64,000 nucleotides of DNA from Candidatus Velthaea sp. (lineage in GTDB: Bacteria; Vulcanimicrobiota; Vulcanimicrobiia; Vulcanimicrobiales; Vulcanimicrobiaceae): the NCBI GenBank assembly GCA_965214935.1, contig CBDCCS010000022.1, positions 32,001 through 96,000 on the forward strand. The letters are read 5' to 3'. The notes under the pieces are model-generated. The model had not been told where the DNA came from, searched no databases, and saw only the letters and a program-made list of their open reading frames with translations. Within the stretch, counting starts at the first letter, position 1. The number at the start of each line of letters is the position of its first letter. This document shows, piece by piece, positions 40,059-49,681 of this stretch. A program made the translations under genes and the position numbers.

Positions 40059-40920
40059 GCGCGGCAAGACGGCCGTTCACCCTGCGTAAAGCAGCTTCGG
40101 CGCTCGGACGGTCGCAACCAAGCCGGCTCATGACGACGGCGGTTTTCACCCGGCCGCCGGCCCGCTGCAACAGCATCGCCGGCTCGGAATCGACGGTGAA
40201 CTCACGAATGAGCCGCTGCGCCCGGTCGCGCAGCTTTGCGTTCGTCGCAACGACGTCGATCATGCGATTGCCGTATGTCTTCCCGAGCTTGATCATCGCG
40301 CCGGTCGAGATCGTATTGAGCGCGATCTTCTGCGCCGTCCCGGCGACCAGCCGAGTCGAGCCGGCGATCGGTTCCGATCCGGTCGCCAGCACGATGGCGA
40401 TGCAGGCCGTCGCGCTCAAGGCGCTCTGCGGCGTATTGCTGATGCCGATGGTCGTTGCGCCCGCCGCGACGGACGCGGCAAGTGCGGCGACGACAAATGC
40501 CGCTCCGCCCGAAGCCGAAACGCCGATCGCCACGTCGCCGGCCGCAACCTCGGCAGCCGCCAACGTGCCGGCGGCCGCATCGTCTTCGGCACCTTCTACC
40601 GCGACGCGCAGCGCCGGCTCGCCGCCGGCAATGACGCCGCGTACCACGAGCGGGTCGATTCCGAACGTCGGCGGCAATTCGGCTGCATCAAGAACCGCAA
40701 GGCGTCCGCTCGTGCCCGCTCCAAAGACGAATAGCCGGCCTCCGCCTGCCAGCGCCGCGGCAACGGCATCGACTGCCGCCGTCAACGGACGGGCGGCCGC
40801 CAGCGCCGCTTCGACCGCGCGCGCGTGCGGTGCAATTAACGCGTGCACGAGGTCGTCGGAGCCGAGCGCATCGATCGCGGCGGTCGCCGGGTCGGCACGT
40901 TCGGTCGGCGGTACATTCAT
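40042..40920 (-). CDS. murQ: N-acetylmuramic acid 6-phosphate etherase
   Basis: PTE, GAGTSGRL..LDAAELPPTF, EGAED, GSTRL.AGTAQK.ALN, GNRMIDV. Confidence 0.95.
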   Translation of the reverse strand: MNVPPTERADPATAAIDALGSDDLVHALIAPHARAVEAALAAARPLTAAVDAVAAALAGGGRLFVFGAGTSGRLAVLDAAELPPTFGIDPLVVRGVIAGGEPALRVAVEGAEDDAAAGTLAAAEVAAGDVAIGVSASGGAAFVVAALAASVAAGATTIGISNTPQSALSATACIAIVLATGSEPIAGSTRLVAGTAQKIALNTISTGAMIKLGKTYGNRMIDVVATNAKLRDRAQRLIREFTVDSEPAMLLQRAGGRVKTAVVMSRLGCDRPSAEAALRRVNGRLAALIGPA

Positions 40921-41810
40921 GCGGCGCCCGTTTCCGCCAGCCGTAGCGCTCCGCGAACGGGCTCGCTGCCGCGCACAATCGGCGAGCCGGTGAAGTCGCC
41001 GTTGATCCGCGTTTCGAGTAGAAACGTCAGCAAGCTGTTTTCGCGCAAGAGACCGCCGGCTAAGGCGACGGGCACAGCCGCATCGAGCAAACCTGCCCCG
41101 CGGGCGGCCGCTTTGAGCAATTCGCCCAGATCCTTGGCGGCATCCTGAACGATCTTGGTCGCCGCGCGATTGCCTTTTCCGGCAAAGGCGATAATGCTCG
41201 GTGCAAGCGCCGCGGCGACCGTCGGGTCGAGCCGGCTGTCGTAGATTGCGGCATGCAAGGCGGCACGATCGGGCGCGGCAAACGCGCGAGCGACCAGATC
41301 GCTCGTCTCATCGCGCGCTGCGCGGCCGTCAAGCACGCGCGTGTAGAGCCGCAAGGCCGCCCAGCCGATGGCAAAAGCCGAGCCTTCATCTCCAAGCAGG
41401 TGCCCGTGGCCGCCGGCGCGCGCGCTTTGCTCGCCGTTCCGGGCATACGCAATCGAACCGGTTCCGGCGATTAGCACGCTTCCCGGTCCGCTCGGGATCG
41501 CGCCGCGCAAGGCGATGAGCGCATCGTCGCCGACGACGATGTGCGCGGCCGGAAACGCGTGCGCCACCGCAGCTTCCAAAGCACGGGCGATAGCGGGCCG
41601 GGCTGCGCCGGCGGCGCCGATGTAAACGGCATCGGGCGGCAAATCGAGTAGCGCCGCGCGCATAGTTGCAACGATGACGGCGGCCGCTGCGGCGACCCCC
41701 AGCGTCGTAACATTCGCGGCCGCGCCGCGCGCTTCGCGAACGAATGCACCGTCCCGGGAGACGGCCGCGACCGTTGTGGTTCCGCCGGCATCGATGCCGA
41801 TTGCAATCAT
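40917..41810 (-). CDS. BadF/BcrA-family amino-sugar kinase (GlcNAc/MurNAc kinase-like)
   Basis: IGIDAGGT, LIAGTGS, GGHGHLLGDEGSA. Confidence 0.88.
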   Translation of the reverse strand: MIAIGIDAGGTTTVAAVSRDGAFVREARGAAANVTTLGVAAAAAVIVATMRAALLDLPPDAVYIGAAGAARPAIARALEAAVAHAFPAAHIVVGDDALIALRGAIPSGPGSVLIAGTGSIAYARNGEQSARAGGHGHLLGDEGSAFAIGWAALRLYTRVLDGRAARDETSDLVARAFAAPDRAALHAAIYDSRLDPTVAAALAPSIIAFAGKGNRAATKIVQDAAKDLGELLKAAARGAGLLDAAVPVALAGGLLRENSLLTFLLETRINGDFTGSPIVRGSEPVRGALRLAETGAA

Positions 41811-42943
41811 GATGTCTCCTCGCAGCGCAGCGCCGCGGTCAAAGCGGCCAGATCGGCCGGCGCCAACGCGCCGAGCAGGCGCGGACCGCGCGCGCCGGTG
41901 ACCCGCGGCACGTTGGCCGGCCGCCCGCGCACGAGTTCGTAGGCGAGCACGGCGAACAGCACGGCTTCCTTCGCATCGGCACCGATGCCCCAGCGATCGG
42001 AGCGATCGACGACGCGGTCGGGCAATCCGGCGCGCAAACCGGTCATGAGCGCCGGGTTGTGAACGCCGCCGCCGCTGACGATGACCTCCGCCCCGGGCCG
42101 TGCATACCGCTCGATTGCATCGACGATCGTCGTGACGCTGAGCGCCGTTAGCGTCGCGAGCGCATCCGCAGGACGTACGTGCAAGAGACGCGCGGCATGC
42201 GTCTCGATAAACGGGGCGCCGAAGCGTTCGCGGCCCGTCGACTTCGGCGGACCTGCGGAAAAATACGGATCGGCAAGCCAGGCGCCAAGCAGCGTGCGAT
42301 CGACCGACCCCGCCAACGCGAGTTTACCGTCGCGATCGTACCGGCCGTTGCCCAGTCCGCGTGCCGCAACGTAGCAATCGAGCGGCAGATTTGCCGGACC
42401 GGTGTCGAACGCGATCGTTGCAGCGGCCGGCGTCCCCGCATCGAGAATCGTCAGGTTCGCGATCCCGCCGAGGTTAAGCGCGACCCGGTCGATGTGCGGG
42501 TCGGCGAAGAGCCGTGCATCGAGAAACGGAACGAGCGGCGCGCCGTGTCCACCCGCCGCGCAGTCGGCCGCGCGAAAATTCGACGCGACGGTCACGCCGG
42601 TCGCTTCGCGGATCCGAAAGGCGTCACCGATCTGCCAGCTGCGGTTTGCCGCGCCGTCGTGCGCGAGCGTAACGCCGTGACTGCCGATGAGAGCGACGGC
42701 GTGATCGCCCGCCACGCGGTTTACGGCCGCGCCGAAGGCATCGCCGACGTCGGCATCCAGCGCTGCAAAGACGCGGGCGTCGCGTTCCGCCGGCGGAAAA
42801 GCAGCGATGATTCGCGCGCGCAGGCGCTCGTCGAATGCGATAGTTTTAAAGGTCAGCAGCCGGCATGTCTGCGGGCCGACGTCGACGACGGCTACATCGA
42901 TGCCGTCGAGCGATGTACCCGAAAGCGCACCCGCAACGATCAT
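41807..42943 (-). CDS. anmK: Anhydro-N-acetylmuramic acid kinase
   Basis: SGTSLDGID, GSHG, GGHGAPL, NLGGIAN, FDTGP, PKSTGRE, KEA. Confidence 0.95.
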   Translation of the reverse strand: MIVAGALSGTSLDGIDVAVVDVGPQTCRLLTFKTIAFDERLRARIIAAFPPAERDARVFAALDADVGDAFGAAVNRVAGDHAVALIGSHGVTLAHDGAANRSWQIGDAFRIREATGVTVASNFRAADCAAGGHGAPLVPFLDARLFADPHIDRVALNLGGIANLTILDAGTPAAATIAFDTGPANLPLDCYVAARGLGNGRYDRDGKLALAGSVDRTLLGAWLADPYFSAGPPKSTGRERFGAPFIETHAARLLHVRPADALATLTALSVTTIVDAIERYARPGAEVIVSGGGVHNPALMTGLRAGLPDRVVDRSDRWGIGADAKEAVLFAVLAYELVRGRPANVPRVTGARGPRLLGALAPADLAALTAALRCEETS

Positions 42944-43977
42944 CGGTCGGCCGCCGCAACGGCCGCATCACACACCGCCGCGCGCAGCGGACGCAAATCG
43001 GCGCGGGCAAAGTGGACGGCGTTCGTCAGCAGCACGACGTTGAGGTCGCGCTCCGGATCGACCCAAATCGACGTGCCGGTAAATCCGGTATGACCGAACG
43101 CGGCCGGGCTCATCGCGCTGCCGCAGGAGTTTGCGGCGCTGGTCCGCAGCGCCCAGCCGAGTCCCCGGCGCAAGACCGGATCGAATGCCGCTTCGCGGAC
43201 TGCTGCGCGCGCCAACCCGCGGTCGAGCGGAGTCGGCCGCCGGTGCTGAGCGGCAAGATACCACTCACCGCAGCGTGCAACGTCGGCCGCATCGGCAAAC
43301 AGCCCGGCATGGCCGGCGACACCGTTAAGCAAGTGCGCTTTTTCATCGTGCACGACGCCTTGCACCAGACCGCGCCAAGCATCGGTTTCCGTCGCGGGGA
43401 TGGACGCGCGCTCGACCGCCGGCGGCGCATAAGCCACATTGCGTGCGCCGCCGGCAGCGCCGGCGCGCTGCACGACGCGGCCTAAACCCGCACCGGCCGC
43501 GCGCGCGAGCACGACACCCAGGACGATGAACCCGAAATCGCTGTAAATGACGTTCCGACCGGGCTCGGCAGCAAGCGGCACGTTCAAACTGAACGATTCG
43601 ACGTCGCGATCCAGAAGCGTCCGGTAATCGGCACCCGATCGCAAACCGGCCGTGTGCGCGAGCAGCATGCGCAAGCTGATCGCCGCGTGCGCAGAGCCGT
43701 TCCACTCCGGCACGAGACCGGTCAACGGCAGGTCGAGCGCAAGTTGTCGGGCGGCTACCCCGGCAAGCGCGACCGTCGTAACGAAGATCTTCGTCAGCGA
43801 TGCAAGGTCGAAACGGCTATCCGGGTAGACGGCGCGTGCTCCCGGCAGTCGCGTCGTCGTGCCGTACGCGCGGCAGAACCGCAGGCGGCCGCCACTCTCG
43901 ATGCGCAACACGGCAGCGCTATACTGCCGGCCCAGACTCGACCGGACGGCCGCGTCGGCGTCAGCGAATGCCGGCAA
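42940..43977 (-). CDS. Class C beta-lactamase-like serine hydrolase (AmiE-like by context)
   Basis: FDLASLTK, YSD, GVVHDE, GHAGLF, FGHTGFTG; start TTG 43977 probable. Confidence 0.85.
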   Translation of the reverse strand: MPAFADADAAVRSSLGRQYSAAVLRIESGGRLRFCRAYGTTTRLPGARAVYPDSRFDLASLTKIFVTTVALAGVAARQLALDLPLTGLVPEWNGSAHAAISLRMLLAHTAGLRSGADYRTLLDRDVESFSLNVPLAAEPGRNVIYSDFGFIVLGVVLARAAGAGLGRVVQRAGAAGGARNVAYAPPAVERASIPATETDAWRGLVQGVVHDEKAHLLNGVAGHAGLFADAADVARCGEWYLAAQHRRPTPLDRGLARAAVREAAFDPVLRRGLGWALRTSAANSCGSAMSPAAFGHTGFTGTSIWVDPERDLNVVLLTNAVHFARADLRPLRAAVCDAAVAAADR

Positions 43978-45508
43978 CGCGATCGATCGACACCGGCAGC
44001 CGGCCGGCGGCGGCGGCAACTCCGGTCAGCACGTCGGCACAGCCCGCAAACGCAAGTTCCTCATCGCCGTAGATGCAGATTGTTGCCGCGTGCTTGAATA
44101 ACGCCGCGTCGTACGGCTCGCGTGCCGACACGAGAATCGCGTGCGGAACGGCGGCGAGTATTCGACCGATCGCCGCTGCTTGCGCAGCATACAGATGTGC
44201 CCGCCGCATGACGACGATGAAGTTACGGTCGCCCAGCGCTGCGATATGCGCGAGCAAGAGTGCGATGTCATCGGCGTCGGGTTCGAGCGCGACGCGCATG
44301 AGCTCGCTTTTAAAGCGCCGCGCACGTAAAGCTGCGCTCAACGACGCGTACTGCATGCGCGTCCCGGCTGCGCCGTCGGCGATCGTTCCTTCGAACGAAA
44401 TCACCGTTACGGCCCGGCCGGGCCGCAAGACCGGGTCGCCGCGTACGATCGTCACCGCCCGTTGCGCGGCGATTCGCTCGGATCCGTCAGCGCCATCGGG
44501 CGGCGACGGCTCGAGCTTTGCGAACCGTTCGCGCAGGAAGCCTACGCGCTGCGCGGCCAGTTCGAGGCGTTCGCGAGCGAGCGAACCGGCGCCAATCGCC
44601 GCGACGATCGCATCGGCCGCGGCTTCGGCGCGGTCCAGCCGATGGCTGACGAGCAGCAGATCGGCACCCGCCCGCAGCGCCTCCACGGCGCCGGCCGACG
44701 TCCCGACCGTTGCGGCGATCGCGTCCATCTCCAAGCAATCGGTCGCGATCACACCGGTGAAACCCAGCTCTTCGCGCAGCAACCCCGTAAGAACCGGTGC
44801 CGAGAGTGTTGCCGGCACGAGCGGATCGAAGGCCTCGACGATGAGATGCGCGGTCATCACGATCGAAACTCGTGCCGATATCGCTGCTGCGAACGGCACC
44901 AGATCGCGCTGCCGGAAGGTCGAACCGGGCGTCGAAATCCGGGCCAGCTGCGCGTGCGAATCGCATTCCGTCGAGCCGTGCCCGGGAAAATGCTTGATCG
45001 CAGCCGCGACGCCGCCGGTCTCCAAACCGCGCGCAAAGGCGACGCTCAAGCTCGCGGCTCGCGCGGGATCTTCGCCGAAACTGCGCGTTCCGATGACGGT
45101 ATTGCGCGGCTCGCGCGCAAGATCGGCGCACGGTGCAAAATTAACGCTGATGCCCAATCGCGCCAAGTCGCCGCCCAGCCGCCGGGCCAGCCGTTCGCAT
45201 TGCTCGCCGTCATCGCCGGCCGCCAGCGCCATCGGTGAGGGTAGTTGTACGCAGACAGCCGGATCGCCGATGCGCGCAACGCGGCCGCCTTCCTGGTCGA
45301 TTGCGATGAGCGGCGGCGGCGACCCGCAGGTGCGTAAACGCGCAATCGACGCACGTAAGGCGGCACCGCTTCCGACATTGCGCGCGAACAGAACGATCGC
45401 CCCCGGACCGAAAGCCTGCAGTTCGGCGACCGGGACGGCCGCCGCTTCGCTCCCGTCATAGCCGACGCAAAAGACGCTGCGCGCTAAGCTTCGGAGTTCA
45501 GCGGACAT
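43961..45508 (-). CDS. nagZ: GH3 beta-N-acetylhexosaminidase
   Basis: LFARN, IDQEGGRV, RSFG, KHFPGHG...DSH, TDCLEM. Confidence 0.95.
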   Translation of the reverse strand: MSAELRSLARSVFCVGYDGSEAAAVPVAELQAFGPGAIVLFARNVGSGAALRASIARLRTCGSPPPLIAIDQEGGRVARIGDPAVCVQLPSPMALAAGDDGEQCERLARRLGGDLARLGISVNFAPCADLAREPRNTVIGTRSFGEDPARAASLSVAFARGLETGGVAAAIKHFPGHGSTECDSHAQLARISTPGSTFRQRDLVPFAAAISARVSIVMTAHLIVEAFDPLVPATLSAPVLTGLLREELGFTGVIATDCLEMDAIAATVGTSAGAVEALRAGADLLLVSHRLDRAEAAADAIVAAIGAGSLARERLELAAQRVGFLRERFAKLEPSPPDGADGSERIAAQRAVTIVRGDPVLRPGRAVTVISFEGTIADGAAGTRMQYASLSAALRARRFKSELMRVALEPDADDIALLLAHIAALGDRNFIVVMRRAHLYAAQAAAIGRILAAVPHAILVSAREPYDAALFKHAATICIYGDEELAFAGCADVLTGVAAAAGRLPVSIDRVAGIR

Positions 45509-46514
45509 AGCTGCCCGCTGCGTCGTATGTCCGCACGTCCGTGTAATCGAACGTCAAGCCGACCGTCATGCCGGCTGTCGCGGCAGCGTCGGTCAGCGCG
45601 ACCACCGGTACGCCGCTGAGATTGACCGTCGCGTAGCGCTGCGCCCCAATGGTTTCGATGAAACGAATCCGTCCGCTAATCGGACCCGCAATGGTCGTGC
45701 GGATGCGTTCGGCGCGCAGCGCAATCGCTGCGATGCCGGCGGTTGCCGCACAAGCGATTGCCGGATGAGCGCGCGCCTGGAACCGCCCACCGCTTACCGA
45801 TCCGTCGAAGACGTTCGCCGGAGGCCGGCCGAGGAAGCGGGCAACGAACGCGGTCGGTGGGGCCGCGGCAAGCGTCGCCGGCCGGTCGAGCGCAACGATC
45901 CGTCCGCCGTCGACGATCGCAACGCGATCGCCGAGCGTGACGGCTTCGTCTTGATCGTGGGTCACGAAAATGGCGGCATTCGTCGCACTCGCCTGCCTTT
46001 CGGCGATTTCGAGCCGGAGTATCGCTCGCAGCGGCGCGTCAAGACTAGCGAAGGGCTCGTCGTACAGCATCGCCGCAGGCTCGACGGCCAACGCACGCGC
46101 CACCGCAACCCGTTGCTGTTCGCCCCGGGAGAGCTGCGCCGGATACCGGTCAAGCAGCCCGGTCAACCCGAAACGTTCGGCGAGTGCAAGGACCCGCAAG
46201 CGCCGCTCGAATCGGACCCCGAAGCCGATATTCGTACGTACCGACAGATGCGGAAAGAGCGCAAAATCGGCAAACACCATCCCGATGCGGCGCGCTTCCG
46301 CCGATGCGCGGGTGACATCCCGGCCGCTCAATACGATGCGCCCGGCGGCAAGCGGTGTTAAGCCGGCAATGGCTCGTAAAAGCGTTGTTTTACCCGAGCC
46401 CGACGGTCCGAGCATCGTCAGAATCTCGCCGTCATCAACGCTCAAGCTTACATCGTCGACGATCGTCCGCTTGCCGAAGCGAACGGATACATGCTCGACG
46501 GCCAGCCGCGGCAC
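45498..46514 (-). CDS. ABC transporter ATP-binding protein (MalK/PotA-like)
   Basis: GPSGSGKT, LSRGEQQRVA, DEP, VTHDQ, C-terminal TOBE-like region. Confidence 0.92.
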   Translation of the reverse strand: MPRLAVEHVSVRFGKRTIVDDVSLSVDDGEILTMLGPSGSGKTTLLRAIAGLTPLAAGRIVLSGRDVTRASAEARRIGMVFADFALFPHLSVRTNIGFGVRFERRLRVLALAERFGLTGLLDRYPAQLSRGEQQRVAVARALAVEPAAMLYDEPFASLDAPLRAILRLEIAERQASATNAAIFVTHDQDEAVTLGDRVAIVDGGRIVALDRPATLAAAPPTAFVARFLGRPPANVFDGSVSGGRFQARAHPAIACAATAGIAAIALRAERIRTTIAGPISGRIRFIETIGAQRYATVNLSGVPVVALTDAAATAGMTVGLTFDYTDVRTYDAAGSYVR

Positions 46515-46858
46515 TAGCGCAAGGTGATGATCTGAGCGAAATACTTGCCGTCGACTTGGCTTGTATACACCTCGACCGACATGCCGCGTTTGAGGTCGGT
46601 AATCGCGTGGTAACCCGCAGCGTTGCCTTGGATTTGCGTCGAGGGCATGACCTCGATATCCGTCTTATTAACGATCATCACGTTACGCTGATAATCGACG
46701 CTGCTGATTTTGCCGGTGATGATTCCACCGTCGTGCGGGTGATCGGCCGCAGTCGCGGTTGCCACTGGCGCCGGGCTATCGCTCGACGGTGCTGCGCCGG
46801 CCGGCGCCGCCAACATCAAGCCGACGAACCAAGCTGCAAAAACCGAGCGCGCAAACAC
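46514..46858 (-). CDS. Small exported OB-fold-like protein (DUF5666-like)
   Basis: Signal peptide; ITGKISSVD..DLKRGMSVEV. Confidence 0.6.
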   Translation of the reverse strand: MFARSVFAAWFVGLMLAAPAGAAPSSDSPAPVATATAADHPHDGGIITGKISSVDYQRNVMIVNKTDIEVMPSTQIQGNAAGYHAITDLKRGMSVEVYTSQVDGKYFAQIITLR

Positions 46859-46880
46859 CCCAATCTAACGTACGGCGGCC

Positions 46881-47252
46881 TTAAAACGTCGCAAGATAGG
46901 CTTGACGCGCAGCCTCCCGCAAGCGCTCGGGATCTTCGCGTAGCGGGCGAAGATCGGCCAGCGCCGTGCCGGCTTTCGTCCACGCGGCGTCGATCGCCGC
47001 GCGATCCGGCGCCGCCGCGAGCGCCGCCAGTCCACGAACGCGGCGCACGATTTCATCGCTCGCAGACGTTCCGGCAAGCGTTAGGCGCAAGGCGATCAGC
47101 GCTTCATCGGCGGCGCGAACGCCGACGGCTTCGAGCGCGCGATAGAACGGCAACGCCGCCGCAATCGGCACCCGGTCGCGTAGCACCGCTGCGATTGCCG
47201 CGGCTTTATCGGGCCGGCCGTCGAGCAGGTAACCATCGATCGGGTGCGTCAT
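46881..47252 (-). CDS. Hypothetical protein
   Basis: Typical codon usage; heads the minus-strand operon. Confidence 0.6.
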   Translation of the reverse strand: MTHPIDGYLLDGRPDKAAAIAAVLRDRVPIAAALPFYRALEAVGVRAADEALIALRLTLAGTSASDEIVRRVRGLAALAAAPDRAAIDAAWTKAGTALADLRPLREDPERLREAARQAYLATF

Positions 47253-47371
47253 CGCAGCAGCAGCGCCGCACGAGTCGGTCTCACGTTAGCGTCTCCCATC
47301 AACGTTACCTAACATTTCGCAGCGCCGGTCGCACAGGAGAAGCTTAGGCTAGCCTCGCATCGAGCAAGGTT

Positions 47372-48241
47372 ATGCAAGCCGTCTCCCAACCCCGTGACCC
47401 CTTTGCGCTACGAACGGGAATCGGCCTGGCGGCCGTCCACGTCGGCTCGCTCGCGATCTTTTTACCGCACATGTTCTCATGGACTGCTGTCGTCGTCGCG
47501 CTCGTTCTGTACTACCTCACGGGAGCATTTGGAATCACGCTCGGCTTCCACCGTCTGTTGACGCACCGCAGCCTCAAGCTCGTGAAGCCGCTTGAATATC
47601 TGGTCGCGATCCTCGGCACCTTAGCTCTCCAGGGCGGCCCGATCGAATGGATCGCCACGCATCGCGCGCATCATGCACATACCGACCGTCAAGGCGACCC
47701 GCACGATGTCAATCGCGGCCTGCGCTGGGCGCACATGCAGTGGCTGTACCGCTATAACGACGCGCGATTGAGTAAAGCCGAGCAATTGCGGCTCGCGCCG
47801 GATCTGGCCAAAGATCCGTTTTATGTGTTTCTCGAAGAATACTACGTGTGGCTCCAGGTTGCGCTGGGCGTCGTACTCTTCATCGCCGGCGGCTGGCCCT
47901 GGGTTGTTTACGGGGTTTTCGTGCGCTGTGTCGCGACGTATCACATCACTTGGCTGGTCAACAGCGCCGCACATCATGACGGTTATCAAACCTACCGTAC
48001 CGGCGACAAGTCGACGAACAATTGGTGGGTTGCGTTTCTTGCGTGGGGCGAGGGCTGGCACAACAACCATCATGCGTTCCCGTTTTCGGCACGCCATGGC
48101 CTGCGCTGGTTCGAGTTTGATGCAACGTGGCTGACGATTCGCGCGCTTGTCGCCTTACGGCTCGCCCGCGATATCAAGTTGCCGACCGAAGCGATGCTCG
48201 ACCGGCTTGCGCTCAAGCCGACCATCGCTCACAAGACCTAG
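47372..48241 (+). CDS. Delta-9-type membrane fatty acid desaturase
   Basis: His boxes HRLLTH, HRAHH, HNNHH; NSAAH; GEGWHNNHHA. Confidence 0.95.
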   Translation: MQAVSQPRDPFALRTGIGLAAVHVGSLAIFLPHMFSWTAVVVALVLYYLTGAFGITLGFHRLLTHRSLKLVKPLEYLVAILGTLALQGGPIEWIATHRAHHAHTDRQGDPHDVNRGLRWAHMQWLYRYNDARLSKAEQLRLAPDLAKDPFYVFLEEYYVWLQVALGVVLFIAGGWPWVVYGVFVRCVATYHITWLVNSAAHHDGYQTYRTGDKSTNNWWVAFLAWGEGWHNNHHAFPFSARHGLRWFEFDATWLTIRALVALRLARDIKLPTEAMLDRLALKPTIAHKT

Positions 48242-48252
48242 TCGAAGCCGGC

Positions 48253-48531
48253 TTATTCGAGGTCTGCTTCGAGCGCTTCCGCGGTCCGCTGCATGACTTT
48301 CGCCAGCAATGCGATCGCGCCGGCGCGATTCGTGTTCAGCAGCATGTATTGCATCCGGTCGTTGGGATGCAGGACCACGAAGATACCCTTGCTGCCGGTC
48401 GTTACCGATTCCATGATGCGTTCGACGAACGCACGGTCATCATCATCGAGCTCGACGTGCGGAGCTGGTGCTTCTTCCGATCGTTGTAAGAGATCGGTTA
48501 AAAAGGCGTCTAAGTTCTCGGGCGTATCCAT
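48253..48531 (-). CDS. Acidic hypothetical protein
   Basis: GGAAGAG upstream; protein-like composition. Confidence 0.6.
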   Translation of the reverse strand: MDTPENLDAFLTDLLQRSEEAPAPHVELDDDDRAFVERIMESVTTGSKGIFVVLHPNDRMQYMLLNTNRAGAIALLAKVMQRTAEALEADLE

Positions 48532-48776
48532 GGTGCAACTCTCTTCCTTGAGGTTTGAGGGCGAAGCGCCGCCTGCGCGTTACATCAAATATCGGCGAAC
48601 GGCGGTGTAACTGTAGACGCCTGCCCCGGCGTACGGCCGAGAGCCGCAAAGCGCTTGCGGAGGTACGGCATCGGCACGAATGTATGGTGCGGTAATTAGC
48701 ACTACTTTCATTGCCTTTGCAGTAAAGTAAACATTACGAGGCTTTTTATTATTCGGCGATAAAATAGTAGCTTATA

Positions 48777-49067
48777 ATGCCTACCATTGATAAAATAGCC
48801 CGCGAAATACGCGATTTCGAAGGCTTCGACGTACGAATTCGTCAAGCTGACTTCAAATCGAACAACACCGCCAAGATGCCCGGATACAAGCGTCGCTACA
48901 ATCGTATTGCCTGGAATACGTTTACGGTCAACGACTGGCGCCGTCGCCGGTTCGAGGGCGATTACCCGGAGTACGTTGTCGACGTTCTCAAGCCCGACGG
49001 AACGGTTGCAACCGGCAAAACCGCCTTAGCGAAGATACGCTCGCTTTACGAACGTAACGATAACTAG
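48777..49067 (+). CDS. Small hypothetical protein
   Basis: EGFDVRI..TV.DW...RF...YP..VDVL; AT-rich promoter region upstream and terminator downstream. Confidence 0.7.
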   Translation: MPTIDKIAREIRDFEGFDVRIRQADFKSNNTAKMPGYKRRYNRIAWNTFTVNDWRRRRFEGDYPEYVVDVLKPDGTVATGKTALAKIRSLYERNDN

Positions 49068-49103
49068 TTTAGCGCGGCACGCAGCTACGTGTCGTCCGTA
49101 GTT

Positions 49104-49139
49104 ACAAAAAAGAGACGGCCGTTGCCGTCTCTTTTTTGT
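49104..49139. terminator. Bidirectional intrinsic terminator
   Basis: Perfect 16-bp IR ACAAAAAAGAGACGGC / GCCGTCTCTTTTTTGT between convergent genes. Confidence 0.9.
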
Positions 49140-49153
49140 CGTCGAGCGGAAAT

Positions 49154-49681
49154 TTACAGTGCAGCGAAAGCGGCGTCGTATTGCGGCTCCGACGCGATTT
49201 CCGGCACGATCTCAAAATACTTGAGCTTCGCATCTTTGCCGATGACAACGACCGCGCGGGCCAGCAAGCCGATCTCTTTAATGGCTAAGCCGTAGGCACG
49301 CCCGAAATTATGATCCCGGTAATCCGACAAATACGTCAGCCCCTGTGCTTCATTGGTTTCCGCCCAACGTTTCTGAGCGAACGGGAGATCGAGGCTTATC
49401 ACAAACGCCGCGGCGTCCGGTGGAACTTCCACGAGGCGCTTATGAAACGTCGACGTTTCGACCGAACACGTCGGCGTGTCGAGCGACGGCACAACGATGA
49501 ATAACGCCTCGCGTTTGCCGCCGGCGATTGCATCGTGCAGCGTGAACGGTGCGAGATCCGCGCCGCTGAGGGTGAACTCCGGCGCTGGTTCGCCGACCGT
49601 CAGGCCCGGTCCGATGAGCGTCATCGGATTTCCCTGGAACGTAATAACGCCGGAGCGCTCGGAGCTTATCTGAGTGGTCAT
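49154..49681 (-). CDS. tpx: Thiol peroxidase (Tpx-type peroxiredoxin)
   Basis: ITFQGNP, VPSLDTPTC, SLDLPFAQKRW, LSDYR, LLARAV; AGGAAGG SD; TGATG overlap. Confidence 0.92.
   Translation of the reverse strand: MTTQISSERSGVITFQGNPMTLIGPGLTVGEPAPEFTLSGADLAPFTLHDAIAGGKREALFIVVPSLDTPTCSVETSTFHKRLVEVPPDAAAFVISLDLPFAQKRWAETNEAQGLTYLSDYRDHNFGRAYGLAIKEIGLLARAVVVIGKDAKLKYFEIVPEIASEPQYDAAFAAL

Noticed and set aside
44073..45461. 462-aa + strand ORF and similar long antisense ORFs (39773-40993, 51409-52542)
   Set aside because: Ala/Ser/Arg-rich shadows of well-supported opposite-strand genes in GC-rich DNA
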